Shown in pieces: positions 37,912 to 47,102 of a stretch of DNA of 64,000 bases. Each line of letters starts with the position of its first letter. The stretch's first letter is position 1. Origin of the DNA: Candidatus Aminicenantes bacterium (lineage in GTDB: Bacteria; Acidobacteriota; Aminicenantia; S016-38); assembly GCA_026991555.1 (NCBI GenBank), contig JALXBI010000044.1, positions 1,223-65,222 on the forward strand, written 5' to 3'. The position numbers were made by a program, and so were the translations under genes. The notes under the pieces are model-generated. The model worked only from the letters and a program-made list of their open reading frames with translations. It did no database searches and was not told the origin of the DNA.

Positions 37912-39990
37912 TCAAAATTTAATCAAATTTATCCATTGGAGATATCCCCAGCGGTTTAGCTGCCATATAAGAATTCTGGAAACCTTAAATTCAGGCAGAC
38001 GAAGGGGAACCACGCATTTCCCATCGTAAATAACCCCTCTCGCCCTTCCGTCTACCTTTTTCACTACTATTTCATTGTTTTCCCCGTGAATTCTAAGGTA
38101 AAGGGGAAATTCAAGTTCCTTAGGAGAACAGGGTTTCTTAAGGAGAATGAGCATCCTTCCTTCCCTGTATGCGGAAAATTTTCCCAGAGAAATGGGCTCT
38201 GAATTCAGGGGTAAGGGGCGTCTTCGGGTGAAATCGTTAAATATTATCCTTTCCAGAACCCTCAGTTTCCGGGGCAAACCCACATCCGGAATCCGATAAA
38301 CTCTTTCCTTTCCTTCCAATTTATTAAGAAGGTTTAAAACTTCCCACGGGAATTTAATTATTACCCGACGGGAGGGGAAAACCTTGGAGAAGGTATCCAC
38401 AAAAACCCGGAGCCTTCCCTTTTCATCCGTCCAAAGATAATCCACACTACCGAAACGGTTATTCCTCAGGGCCCAGGCCACAAAATGGGGATTGGGGGAG
38501 AGGGAAAGGAGCTTTATAAAAGCAATTCTCTCAAAGGCCAGAGCCGAAGGATGAGCGGCAAGGGTATGGAAGGGAAGAAAGAAATAAACTTCGTAAAAAG
38601 GGGAAATGTCCCTGACCACCATCCCGGTAGCCAGCACCACCTTGTCCTCGAGCTTGCTCACGAGCTCCTTATCCTGCGCCACCTGGTTTCTTGAATATCT
38701 GTAAAGGTTCTGTATCCTTCCCGAGGAAGAGAGCTCTTCTATTCCCATGAAAAGGGGGACCAGGGTGAAAACCATGAAAATCACCAGGGCCAGGTGACCG
38801 TAAGGGTTTCTTTCCTCAATAAGCTTCGCTGTCCAAAGCCCCAGGCCCAGAGAAAACAAAAGGAGGATAAAGAGAAAGACCTTGGAGACCAGAAAAGGGA
38901 TCCCCATGAGGATTCCCAGATAACCGATGCCCACCCATACATAGGAGGAAATTAAAAGGAGAAGAAGCTTTCCCTCTAAATCTTTTCTTCGGGCATATAT
39001 GAGATAGCCCAGGGATAAAAGAAAAACCAGGCCCGACTTACCGATGTTCGACAGGGATAGGGGAAAAAGATTGAAACTGGGAAGCAGGTGTTCATTGGCA
39101 TGGGGTTCAAATCCCCGGGTAAATATATCCTTAAGGTAGGGCAAAATATAGAAGGCTGATGCCGAGAAGAAGGCAAATCCCAGAATTAAATAATATTTTG
39201 TCCTTGATAAAAGCCTCTTGATACTGGCCCGGGGCTGGATTAAATAGTAAACCAGGAGGGGGAAAAACCAGTAATAATACACGGAAAATAGTATCCCCCC
39301 AAGGAGTCCCCCGGCTATAGCCTTCCCCCATCCACCTTCCCTTTCATTTTCAAGGTAATAAAGCCACCAGGGTATTATGAGAAAAGCCACGAAAATCTCG
39401 TAGGACTTCTGAAAAAGGTAAAAGGCCGTGCTTTGGGAAAGGCCTACGGCTCCAAGGCTGGCTAAGGTTAAGAAGAACGCCTTTTTAGCCCCTACGATTT
39501 TTCCCCACATCAGGAAAGCCAAAACAGGACTGAGATATATCAGGGCAAAAATCCCCTGCTTGAAGGCCCATTCCGGAGCCAAGGAAAGCCAGTGGGTAAG
39601 CTTACCGAGCAAATAATGGAAATAAAAGGGATAATGACTGGAAAGCCCCTTGAACCAGAAATCCACGCTCTCCCAGTGCCTGGAAAATTTGTCTATCATG
39701 GCTATGGAAAAGACATTGTCCCCGGTAACCCCACCCAGGGTTACCTGGGTTCCATAAAAAAGCCAAACGCTTATCATAAGAACCGAGGAGGATATTAAGG
39801 AAATTCTTAGGTGCTCTATTGCCTCATCCCCTTTGCCCTCCAGAAGAATCAGGGAAAAGGCCAGAGCCAGGAGAACGAGGCCTGAAAGGGCTAAGGACTC
39901 TGGAAATTCATTGCCCAGAACCTCAAATAAAACCGGGGGAAGGACGAGGGCCAATAAAAAGGGAATAAGATAATAAAGCCATTTTTTCAT
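37912..39990 (-). CDS. Polytopic membrane protein (GT-C-fold glycosyltransferase-like or YfhO-like) with a C-terminal soluble domain
   Basis: About 13 predicted TM helices in the first 400 aa, aromatic-rich loops, and a soluble domain of about 290 aa; 692 aa. Function not assignable from sequence alone. Confidence 0.3.
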   Translation of the reverse strand: MKKWLYYLIPFLLALVLPPVLFEVLGNEFPESLALSGLVLLALAFSLILLEGKGDEAIEHLRISLISSSVLMISVWLFYGTQVTLGGVTGDNVFSIAMIDKFSRHWESVDFWFKGLSSHYPFYFHYLLGKLTHWLSLAPEWAFKQGIFALIYLSPVLAFLMWGKIVGAKKAFFLTLASLGAVGLSQSTAFYLFQKSYEIFVAFLIIPWWLYYLENEREGGWGKAIAGGLLGGILFSVYYYWFFPLLVYYLIQPRASIKRLLSRTKYYLILGFAFFSASAFYILPYLKDIFTRGFEPHANEHLLPSFNLFPLSLSNIGKSGLVFLLSLGYLIYARRKDLEGKLLLLLISSYVWVGIGYLGILMGIPFLVSKVFLFILLLFSLGLGLWTAKLIEERNPYGHLALVIFMVFTLVPLFMGIEELSSSGRIQNLYRYSRNQVAQDKELVSKLEDKVVLATGMVVRDISPFYEVYFFLPFHTLAAHPSALAFERIAFIKLLSLSPNPHFVAWALRNNRFGSVDYLWTDEKGRLRVFVDTFSKVFPSRRVIIKFPWEVLNLLNKLEGKERVYRIPDVGLPRKLRVLERIIFNDFTRRRPLPLNSEPISLGKFSAYREGRMLILLKKPCSPKELEFPLYLRIHGENNEIVVKKVDGRARGVIYDGKCVVPLRLPEFKVSRILIWQLNRWGYLQWINLIKF

Positions 39991-41225
39991 CAGATTTTTT
40001 TGATTATAAAAAAGGTAAGATCATCGAAGACTTCATATCTATCGTTAATAATTTTTATAATTCTTTTCCCAATCTGCTCAGGAGAAAGTTCCTTCCAGGC
40101 CACAAGGGTCTCTTTAAGCCTTTCCCTTCCCAGCTCCTCGCCGTTTAAGAATCTCGCTTCGCTAAGTCCGTCCGTGTACATAAATATTAAATCCCCCTTC
40201 CCCAGTTTTCCTTTTCCCTCGGTGTAAGGAAAATCTCCCACCCCAAGAACCACCCCCCCCTCTTCAAGCTCTTCCACTTCACCGTTTTTCCTAAGGACAA
40301 TGGGGGGATTGTGGCCAGCATTGGTATATCTAAACTTTCCATCCCTGGAAAGCTCCACAGCGAAGAAGGTAACGAACACCGGCCCCTCCTCCTGGGGACG
40401 CTCCAGCAAATTTCTATTCAGCATACTTATTATTTCCCCGGGGGAACCCTCATGAAACTTAACAAGGGTTCTGAGGGAAGCCTGCAGGGTTGCCATTATT
40501 AGAGCAGCCGGGATACCCTTCCCCGCCACATCCCCTATAACAGCAAGGTATTTATCATCCCTGGGAAAATAATCGTAATAATCACCCCCAACCTCTCTGG
40601 AAGGTATACTCTTTGCATAGGCCTCATATCCATCCATTTCCACCCTTGAAGGAAGAAGACCTGTCTGAATGGATCGGGCTATTTCCAGTTCCCTCTCCAG
40701 CCTCTGCCTCTTTACTATTTCTCTATGGAAAAGAACATTTTCATAGGCAAGGAGGGTTATCTGAAAAAGGGCTTTAATGTAGTTCAACGAATCATCCCTG
40801 AGCTTCCCTTCCGGAAGGAAAAGGGCCAGATAATTTTCCCTCAGACTAAGAAAGTGTTCCACCCCCCTGTTCTTCAGGAAAAGTGCGGTCTCCTCGGAAG
40901 CAAAAGAAAGGTCAACTATAACATTAAACCCGAGTTTTTTGAGAATCTCTTTGGTCTCAGTCTCTCCCTTGCTTATCTTTTCTTTAATCTCCTCAGACAG
41001 GGCAATACCCTTCCCCAGCACAAAGACCTCCCCTACCGTCTTTATCCTCATTACAGCCTTGGGAGAACCCACCTGACCCATCACCACCGAGAGGAAGGCC
41101 TTAAAAATCCTTTCCTCATCAAGGATTTTTATAATCTGTCGGGCATACTGAAGGAAATTCTCCAGCTCGTATTCCTTAAGCTGAAGGGCTCTTTTCAGCC
41201 TCTGAATTTCCTCTCTACTTCCCAC
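39990..41225 (-). CDS. PP2C-type serine phosphatase, RsbU/SpoIIE family
   Basis: SpoIIE/PP2C motifs (GGDYYDY, VIGDVAGKGIPAALIMA, MYTDGLSEA) with an N-terminal coiled-coil/GAF-like sensor region. Confidence 0.75.
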   Translation of the reverse strand: MGSREEIQRLKRALQLKEYELENFLQYARQIIKILDEERIFKAFLSVVMGQVGSPKAVMRIKTVGEVFVLGKGIALSEEIKEKISKGETETKEILKKLGFNVIVDLSFASEETALFLKNRGVEHFLSLRENYLALFLPEGKLRDDSLNYIKALFQITLLAYENVLFHREIVKRQRLERELEIARSIQTGLLPSRVEMDGYEAYAKSIPSREVGGDYYDYFPRDDKYLAVIGDVAGKGIPAALIMATLQASLRTLVKFHEGSPGEIISMLNRNLLERPQEEGPVFVTFFAVELSRDGKFRYTNAGHNPPIVLRKNGEVEELEEGGVVLGVGDFPYTEGKGKLGKGDLIFMYTDGLSEARFLNGEELGRERLKETLVAWKELSPEQIGKRIIKIINDRYEVFDDLTFFIIKKI

Positions 41226-41611
41226 CAGTTCTTTCCCTCCTTAAAACCATATTCCATCCTGTCGCTTATTCTCCTTACTATTTCAAGCCCAAACCCCCTG
41301 GCCCTCCTTTCCCGAACTTTTTTTTCTAAATCAAACTCCTCCTCAGGCACCCGGATTTTTTTCCCTCCGAAATAAAAACTTACCTTAATTCTCCTGCGGT
41401 CCACTTCCCATATTATCCTTACCTGTCCCTCCCTTCCCCCGTAGGAATGTTCCACGATATTGGCAAGTATTTCCTGAACTGCCAGGGGGAAAACGGCCCT
41501 GGCCTTCTCGTCCGTGGAGTAGATTTCCAAAAGTTTTTCGGTAAACGAGTGAATTGGTCCAAGGAGTTTGTAGGAGGCAGGAAACTCCATTTCAATTTTC
41601 GCCATGGACAA
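41195..41611 (-). CDS. Anti-sigma factor / serine kinase of the RsbW/SpoIIAB family (HATPase_c)
   Basis: N-box ILANIVEHSY, G1/G2-like FGLEIVRRISD; 138 aa. Confidence 0.65.
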   Translation of the reverse strand: MSMAKIEMEFPASYKLLGPIHSFTEKLLEIYSTDEKARAVFPLAVQEILANIVEHSYGGREGQVRIIWEVDRRRIKVSFYFGGKKIRVPEEEFDLEKKVRERRARGFGLEIVRRISDRMEYGFKEGKNWWEVERKFRG

Positions 41612-41960
41612 AACTCTTTAAGGCCGAGGGCCTATCAGGGAAGAACCTGTAGATTTTGGTGAATCCGAGAAGGTCAAAAATCTGATAAACCCTGGAAGAG
41701 GTGCAGCAAATAACCAAATCCCCGCCCTTTTCCCGGATCTCCTCTATGTGGCCGATGAGCACTCCGAGGCCTGCCGAAGAAATGTAGTCAAGGCGGGAAC
41801 AATCAAGAATTATTTTCACCCTACCGTTTTTAATGCTTTCCTCTATGGATTTTTCAAATTCGTCCACAGTAAGGGGGTCTATTCTGCCTTCAGGAAGGAT
41901 TACCGTTACCTCACCCAGGCTCTCAGTTTTTACCTCAAGCATGGAACTCCATCCCAGCAA
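41592..41960 (-). CDS. Anti-sigma-factor antagonist (STAS domain, RsbV/SpoIIAA family)
   Basis: STAS fold with a phosphorylatable Ser in the LDYISSAGLGVLI context; about 115 aa. Confidence 0.7.
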   Translation of the reverse strand: MLGWSSMLEVKTESLGEVTVILPEGRIDPLTVDEFEKSIEESIKNGRVKIILDCSRLDYISSAGLGVLIGHIEEIREKGGDLVICCTSSRVYQIFDLLGFTKIYRFFPDRPSALKSFVHGEN

Positions 41961-42351
41961 AGAAATATCCTATTTCAAAGGCGGCGGATTCCTCGGAGTC
42001 AGAGCCGTGCACGGCATTTTGCTGAATGTCCGTGCCGAATTCCCTTCTTATGGTCCCCTCCTCCGCCTTGGCCGGATCAGTGGCTCCCATGAGTTTCCTC
42101 CACCTTCTTATGGCATTTTCCCCTTCCAGCACCATAACTACCACAGGGCCGCTGGACATGTAGGTGGTAAGTTCATCAAAGAAGAACTTACCCCTGTGGA
42201 CATGGTAAAAACCTTCTGCCTGGGCTTTGGTAAGGCGGAGCATTTTCATGGCTGCAATCCTTAGCTTTTCTTCCTCAATACGCATGATTATTTTTCCCAC
42301 CTCCCCCCTTTCCACCACCTCTGGTTTTATAATGGCCAAGGTTCTCTCCAT
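41935..42351 (-). CDS. ndk: Nucleoside diphosphate kinase
   Basis: MERTLAIIKPE start and the catalytic His in NAVHGSDS; 138 aa. The ORF caller's N-terminal extension is rejected. Confidence 0.9.
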   Translation of the reverse strand: MERTLAIIKPEVVERGEVGKIIMRIEEEKLRIAAMKMLRLTKAQAEGFYHVHRGKFFFDELTTYMSSGPVVVMVLEGENAIRRWRKLMGATDPAKAEEGTIRREFGTDIQQNAVHGSDSEESAAFEIGYFFAGMEFHA

Positions 42352-42361
42352 CAATACCTCC

Positions 42362-43624
42362 TTAGAAAAGACTGTCCTGAACTTTTTCCTCTTCCCCAAA
42401 GGGGTCTATTATCCCGTAAACTCCGTCATATCCCGGCTCCACCCTGACCTTCCCTTTTCTCATATTCTCCACCGCCTTAGCTGCTTTGGGCCCAAGAACC
42501 CTCCTTATTTCCTCTTGCGGGGTATTGGTGAGTATATCGTATTCGTTTCCTAAGAATTTTATGGCGGAGAAATACTTCTCCAGAACCCCCTTGGTCTGCT
42601 TCCCCTTGCCCTCAGCTTTAGCTATTATCTCCTGAAGGGGGAAAAGGTGTATATAATCCACTGCCCCCTGGGGCCTGAAGCCCTCCTCCCTGTCCGCTAA
42701 AACCTCCACCCTGTGAGCCACCCCTACTGTCAGGGGTCTTCCACATTTGGGACAGATGTTGTTCAATTTTAACGCTTCCTTGGGGGAAAGCCTAACCCCG
42801 CAATTGCGGTGACCGTCGTAATGATACTTCCCCTCCTCAGGGAAAAATTCCACTGTGTGAACGAAACCCTTTCTGGTTCTTATGGCCTCAATAATTCCCC
42901 GATAGGAAAGCTCTGTATCGAAAAGGTTGGCTTCCCTTCCTATGTTGGCCGGGGAATGGGCATCGGAGTTGGAAACCAAGGTGAAGCGGTCTAAGGAGGA
43001 AAGCCTCCAGTTCATGGGAGGGTCTGAACTGAGACCCGTTTCTAAGGCGAGAATGTGCTCAGCCAGTTCCCCACAGCATTCCTCAATGGAGTCAAATCCG
43101 GAATTGGCTCCGAAAAGTGAAAACCAGGGGGTCCAGATGTGGGCGGGAATTATCCCTGCTGACGGAACTGCGGATTTTACTAGCTCTATAAACTCCCTGA
43201 AGTCCATTCCAAAGGTGGGCCTTCCATCCGCCTGGAGATTGCCCCTGGCTGCGAGTATGGAATTTATAGCCTCTGCATCCTCTAAGTTCTCCACCAGCAA
43301 AACCACATGGATTTTCCTGACCCTTTTTCCCTTAGTATAGATGAGGCTGACCTCCACTGAGAGTATAAAATAAACCTCTTCCGGGGCCACTTCTATAGGA
43401 TACTCCTCTCCCCTGACCCCTTCTTTCAATGTTAAAAGCCCGTTATCCTTCTGAATTAAGGAAGTCTTAATGTTGAAAAACCAGTCAGGATGGGTGAAAT
43501 CTCCCGTGGCAATCACCTTTATCCCCTTGGCCTTGGCCCAGGAGGCCATCATGGGAAGGTCCATGTCCTTAGAGGTTGCCCTGGAATATTTAGAATGAAC
43601 ATGAAGATCTGCGAGAAATCTCAT
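42362..43624 (-). CDS. PHP-domain phosphoesterase with inserted zinc ribbon, Endonuclease Q-like (TIGR00375 family)
   Basis: N-terminal ADLHVHSKYS PHP metal site, further His/Asp motifs, and HxxC...CPKC zinc-ribbon residues; about 420 aa. The start is set at the Met whose ATG overlaps the upstream gene's stop by 1 nt. Confidence 0.55.
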   Translation of the reverse strand: MRFLADLHVHSKYSRATSKDMDLPMMASWAKAKGIKVIATGDFTHPDWFFNIKTSLIQKDNGLLTLKEGVRGEEYPIEVAPEEVYFILSVEVSLIYTKGKRVRKIHVVLLVENLEDAEAINSILAARGNLQADGRPTFGMDFREFIELVKSAVPSAGIIPAHIWTPWFSLFGANSGFDSIEECCGELAEHILALETGLSSDPPMNWRLSSLDRFTLVSNSDAHSPANIGREANLFDTELSYRGIIEAIRTRKGFVHTVEFFPEEGKYHYDGHRNCGVRLSPKEALKLNNICPKCGRPLTVGVAHRVEVLADREEGFRPQGAVDYIHLFPLQEIIAKAEGKGKQTKGVLEKYFSAIKFLGNEYDILTNTPQEEIRRVLGPKAAKAVENMRKGKVRVEPGYDGVYGIIDPFGEEEKVQDSLF

Positions 43625-44589
43625 CACAGGTTCTCCCTTAGGAAAAATTTTAAATAGGATTTTGGGATTCCCAAAAAAGTTTCCCGGTAAATCATATCGC
43701 ATTTCTGGCAGCGGGGGTGCTTGGGGTTTTCCTTGCGTTTAAAGGAAAGGCGGAGCTTCCTCATTTCCTCCCCGTTCCATATCTCAAGAAGGGGCTGGCG
43801 GGTAGCGTCTCCGATTATTATCTCCCCAAAAAAGTCCTGGGGACAGGCAGGAACTTTCCCATCGTAGAAAATGGTCATGGAGTAATAGGGGAAGGTGCAG
43901 GGCACATAATTCCCCCTTGGAGGGCCTCCGTAAAGCCCTGCCCAATTATGAATTCTCCTTACGATGAATTTATCTAAGGGAAGGCCTTTAAATTTGGCCT
44001 TAAATTCCTCCCTTTCCCTGCGGAGCTCCTCTTCGTCCTTTTTTATGACCTCCATTACCTCAAGAACAGCGTAGGGTTTTTCCGAGCCCAAGGCCTTCTT
44101 CTCCTCAAGAAAACCTATTATGTTGGAAAGCACCTCATCAAATTTGGCCCCAACCCTTATTTTTTCGTACATCTGCTTGTCATATCCATCAAAGGAGAAG
44201 GATATGAAATCAAGTCCGGCCCTTATAAGCTGGCGGGAATAATTTCTATCCAAAATTGTGGCGTTGGTGTGGAGCCTGGGCCTCAGCCCGGCTTCGGCTG
44301 TAAGCTTCACCATGTCTATGAATCTGGGATGAAGGAGACTCTCTCCCCTGTGGAAGAGATTTACATCGTAGGCAAATTTCCTTATTTGCTCCAAAAGATG
44401 GGTGAAAAGCTCCCATTCCATCATTCCCCTTTTAAGGGCATTGTAATCCTGGCCGTTGGGGCACATGATACACCGGAGATTGCAGGCATTGGTGGGCTCA
44501 AGCCAAATCCTCGTGGGGGGAACCGGGATTTTCAGGCTCCTTCTCCTGTAGTGATAGTAAAGCTGCGCTAAATGAAGGATGTGGTTCAT
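43624..44589 (-). CDS. Radical SAM protein with C-terminal SPASM/twitch auxiliary-cluster domain (NirJ/AhbD/PqqE-like), 321 aa
   Basis: CNLRCIMCP radical-SAM motif and C-terminal Cys clusters (CTFPYY...CPQDF...CQKCD). Its ATG overlaps the TGA of the upstream rSAM gene (ATGA). Confidence 0.7.
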   Translation of the reverse strand: MNHILHLAQLYYHYRRRSLKIPVPPTRIWLEPTNACNLRCIMCPNGQDYNALKRGMMEWELFTHLLEQIRKFAYDVNLFHRGESLLHPRFIDMVKLTAEAGLRPRLHTNATILDRNYSRQLIRAGLDFISFSFDGYDKQMYEKIRVGAKFDEVLSNIIGFLEEKKALGSEKPYAVLEVMEVIKKDEEELRREREEFKAKFKGLPLDKFIVRRIHNWAGLYGGPPRGNYVPCTFPYYSMTIFYDGKVPACPQDFFGEIIIGDATRQPLLEIWNGEEMRKLRLSFKRKENPKHPRCQKCDMIYRETFLGIPKSYLKFFLRENL

Positions 44590-45647
44590 AGTTTTTCTTT
44601 CAAAACATATTCTATGAATCCAGGGGAAAGGAATTTCCAGAACATTCCCTTTCTGATGTAGCTTAAATACAGGTTGGCAGGCCCCACGCATGTAAACATG
44701 CAGGGGGGGTGCTTGCCTTCCTTAATGTCCCGGCGCAGTTTTTCTGCCTGGGGGGAAAACCATATTTCCCTGAAACTCCTCTCCTCCAGGTTCCCCAGTT
44801 TCCGGAAGGCCACAGGACAGGGATGAACATCGCCGTTGGGGTGAATCTGGACGGAAAAATAAGCTGCAATGCAGCGAAAACTCCTCTTTACTTTCTCAGG
44901 ATTCATTATGAATTCCGGAAATTTTCTTAAATAGGCGTGAAAATGCGGAAGATACTTCGGAAATCTTTCAAGCACCTCCTCTATTTTCTCGGCCAGGAGC
45001 TCAGCGTCCTGAGGCCTTAAACCTAAGTCCTGCTCCGGGGAATACTTCTCAATGCTGTGGACCGGTTCTATGGTCACACCCTGGGCCCCCTGGCCTATTG
45101 CCATCTCAATGGTTTGGGGAAGGTAGGGAAGATTTTTACGGTTAAGGGTTATGTTGACGAATACCATAGGCCTTTTCCCTGCCTCCCTTATATTTTTTAT
45201 GGCGGCCATAACCCTTTCCCAGGCCCCCTCAACCCCCCTTATCCAGTCGTGAATTTCCTTAGGTCCATCCAAGGATAAAAATATGGTGTCTATCCCTGTG
45301 CCCGCAAGTTTTTCCGCGTTTTTTCTGTCCAGGAGCCACCCATTGGAATTGGCCGCCACCCTGAAACCCAAGGATTTTGCCCTGGAAAGAATTTCAAAAC
45401 TTTCCCGAAGAAGGAAGAGTTCTCCCCCGGAAAAGGAAACGTATTTCCCCCCGAGGGAACGGAGTTCCTCCAGAACTTCAAATATCCTATCCTTGCTGAG
45501 CCTTTTCTCCTCCTTTATTTTCCAGAGATGACAGTGCCTGCAGCGAAGATTACATCTATAGGTAAGCTCCCACTGGATTTTAACGGGGCCAGTTAGGGGA
45601 TTTATTCCCCCGGCCAGGAATTTTCCCAGATTTAAATAGAACTTCAT
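44586..45647 (-). CDS. Radical SAM protein with partial SPASM domain (NirJ/AhbC-like), about 353 aa
   Basis: CNLRCRHCH motif and C-terminal Cys (CPVAFR...CMFTC). The start is moved to MKFYLNLG at 45647 to avoid divergent overlap with gatB; the ORF caller gives 45737. Confidence 0.7.
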   Translation of the reverse strand: MKFYLNLGKFLAGGINPLTGPVKIQWELTYRCNLRCRHCHLWKIKEEKRLSKDRIFEVLEELRSLGGKYVSFSGGELFLLRESFEILSRAKSLGFRVAANSNGWLLDRKNAEKLAGTGIDTIFLSLDGPKEIHDWIRGVEGAWERVMAAIKNIREAGKRPMVFVNITLNRKNLPYLPQTIEMAIGQGAQGVTIEPVHSIEKYSPEQDLGLRPQDAELLAEKIEEVLERFPKYLPHFHAYLRKFPEFIMNPEKVKRSFRCIAAYFSVQIHPNGDVHPCPVAFRKLGNLEERSFREIWFSPQAEKLRRDIKEGKHPPCMFTCVGPANLYLSYIRKGMFWKFLSPGFIEYVLKEKL

Positions 45648-45704
45648 TGAACTGATATTATATTTTCCCCCCTTTAAATTTTCAATGCTATAATTACCTC
45701 TAAA

Positions 45705-47102
45705 ATGTGGGAACCTGTAATCGGCTTGGAAATACACATTCAGCTTCAGACTAAATCAAAGCTCTTCTGTTCCTGCAAAAATTCCTATGGAGACCCACCA
45801 AATACCAATATCTGTCCAGTCTGCCTTGGCCATCCCGGAACCCTTCCGGTGCTCAATTGGGAAGCAGTTAAAATGGCCACCAAGCTTGCCCTTGCCCTTA
45901 ATTGCAGGATAAACCCCATTTCCTACTTTGCCAGGAAGAATTATTTTTACCCGGACCTTCCCAAGGGATACCAGATAACCCAGCATAAATACCCCTTAGC
46001 CCAGGACGGATATATAGAACTTCGCTCAGGGAAAAGGATAAGGATAGAAAGACTACACTTGGAAGAGGATTCGGGAAAATCAATTCATACAGAGGAAGGA
46101 ACCCTGGTAGATTTCAACCGCTGCGGGGTGCCCTTGGCGGAGATAGTCACCAAACCGGACATTTCCTCCCCTGAAGAGGCAGTGGAGTTTTTGAAAATCC
46201 TGCGGTTAGTGGCCATTTACACGGGGGTTTCCGATGCGGACATGGAGAAAGGGAACATGAGGTGCGATGCCAACCTCTCCCTTAAACCGGCAGGGGCCGA
46301 TTCCTTAGGGGTAAAAACCGAGGTAAAAAACCTCAACTCCTTCCGATTTTTGGCCAAAGCCCTGCAATACGAAATTGAAAGACAGAAGGGAATTTTGGAA
46401 AAAGGAGGAAAGATATCGCAGGAAACCAGGGGTTATGATAGCCATAGGGGAATTACCTTTACCATGAGAAGCAAGGAAGAGGCCCATGATTACCGCTATT
46501 TCCCTGAGCCCGACCTTCCTCCCTTAGTGCTTTCCCAGGAGTTCATAGGTGAAATAAAGGAGGGAATAGAGGAGCTTCCCTGGGAGAAAAAGAACAGATT
46601 CGTGGAGGAATTCGGCCTTGACGAGGAAACCGCCTGGGTGCTTTGCGGGGAAAAGGAAATGGCCGATCTTTTCCAGGAGACTTTAAAGCATTTTCCAAAA
46701 CCCAAGGAGCTTGCAAACTGGGTAAAAACCGAGGTTATGAAACTCTGGAAGGAAGGGATGACCATTACCCCCCCACACTTAGGGGAGCTTCTAAAAATGG
46801 TGGATAAGGGGGAAATTTCAAGATTAAAGGCCAAGGAGGTGCTGGAGGAGGTGGCAAAAACCGGGAAAAGTCCTAAGGAAATTGTGGAGGAAAAAGGACT
46901 CGCTCAGATAAGCGATGAGGCCTCTTTAAGGGTTATAATAGAAGAGGTGGTGAGGGAATTCCCTGACAAGGTGGAAAAATACCGGTCAGGGAAAAAGGGA
47001 CTTCTCGGTTTCTTTATGGGCCAGGTGATGAGGAGGACCCAGGGAAAGGCTAACCCCAAAATTGTAAATAAAATCCTGGGGGAGGTCCTAAATGGTAAGT
47101 GA
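45705..47102 (+). CDS. gatB: Asp/Glu-tRNA(Asn/Gln) amidotransferase subunit B
   Basis: Starts MWEPVIGLEIHIQL; 465 aa with the GatB/YqeY C-terminal domain. Confidence 0.9.
   Translation: MWEPVIGLEIHIQLQTKSKLFCSCKNSYGDPPNTNICPVCLGHPGTLPVLNWEAVKMATKLALALNCRINPISYFARKNYFYPDLPKGYQITQHKYPLAQDGYIELRSGKRIRIERLHLEEDSGKSIHTEEGTLVDFNRCGVPLAEIVTKPDISSPEEAVEFLKILRLVAIYTGVSDADMEKGNMRCDANLSLKPAGADSLGVKTEVKNLNSFRFLAKALQYEIERQKGILEKGGKISQETRGYDSHRGITFTMRSKEEAHDYRYFPEPDLPPLVLSQEFIGEIKEGIEELPWEKKNRFVEEFGLDEETAWVLCGEKEMADLFQETLKHFPKPKELANWVKTEVMKLWKEGMTITPPHLGELLKMVDKGEISRLKAKEVLEEVAKTGKSPKEIVEEKGLAQISDEASLRVIIEEVVREFPDKVEKYRSGKKGLLGFFMGQVMRRTQGKANPKIVNKILGEVLNGK

Noticed and set aside
43624-45647. Tandem SPASM radical-SAM genes as a RiPP (ranthipeptide/sactipeptide) cluster
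   Set aside because: No Cys-rich short precursor ORF, leader-peptide recognition protein, or exporter or peptidase is nearby. An AhbC/AhbD-type cofactor pathway is more parsimonious. Kept as a finding only because the substrate is unassigned.
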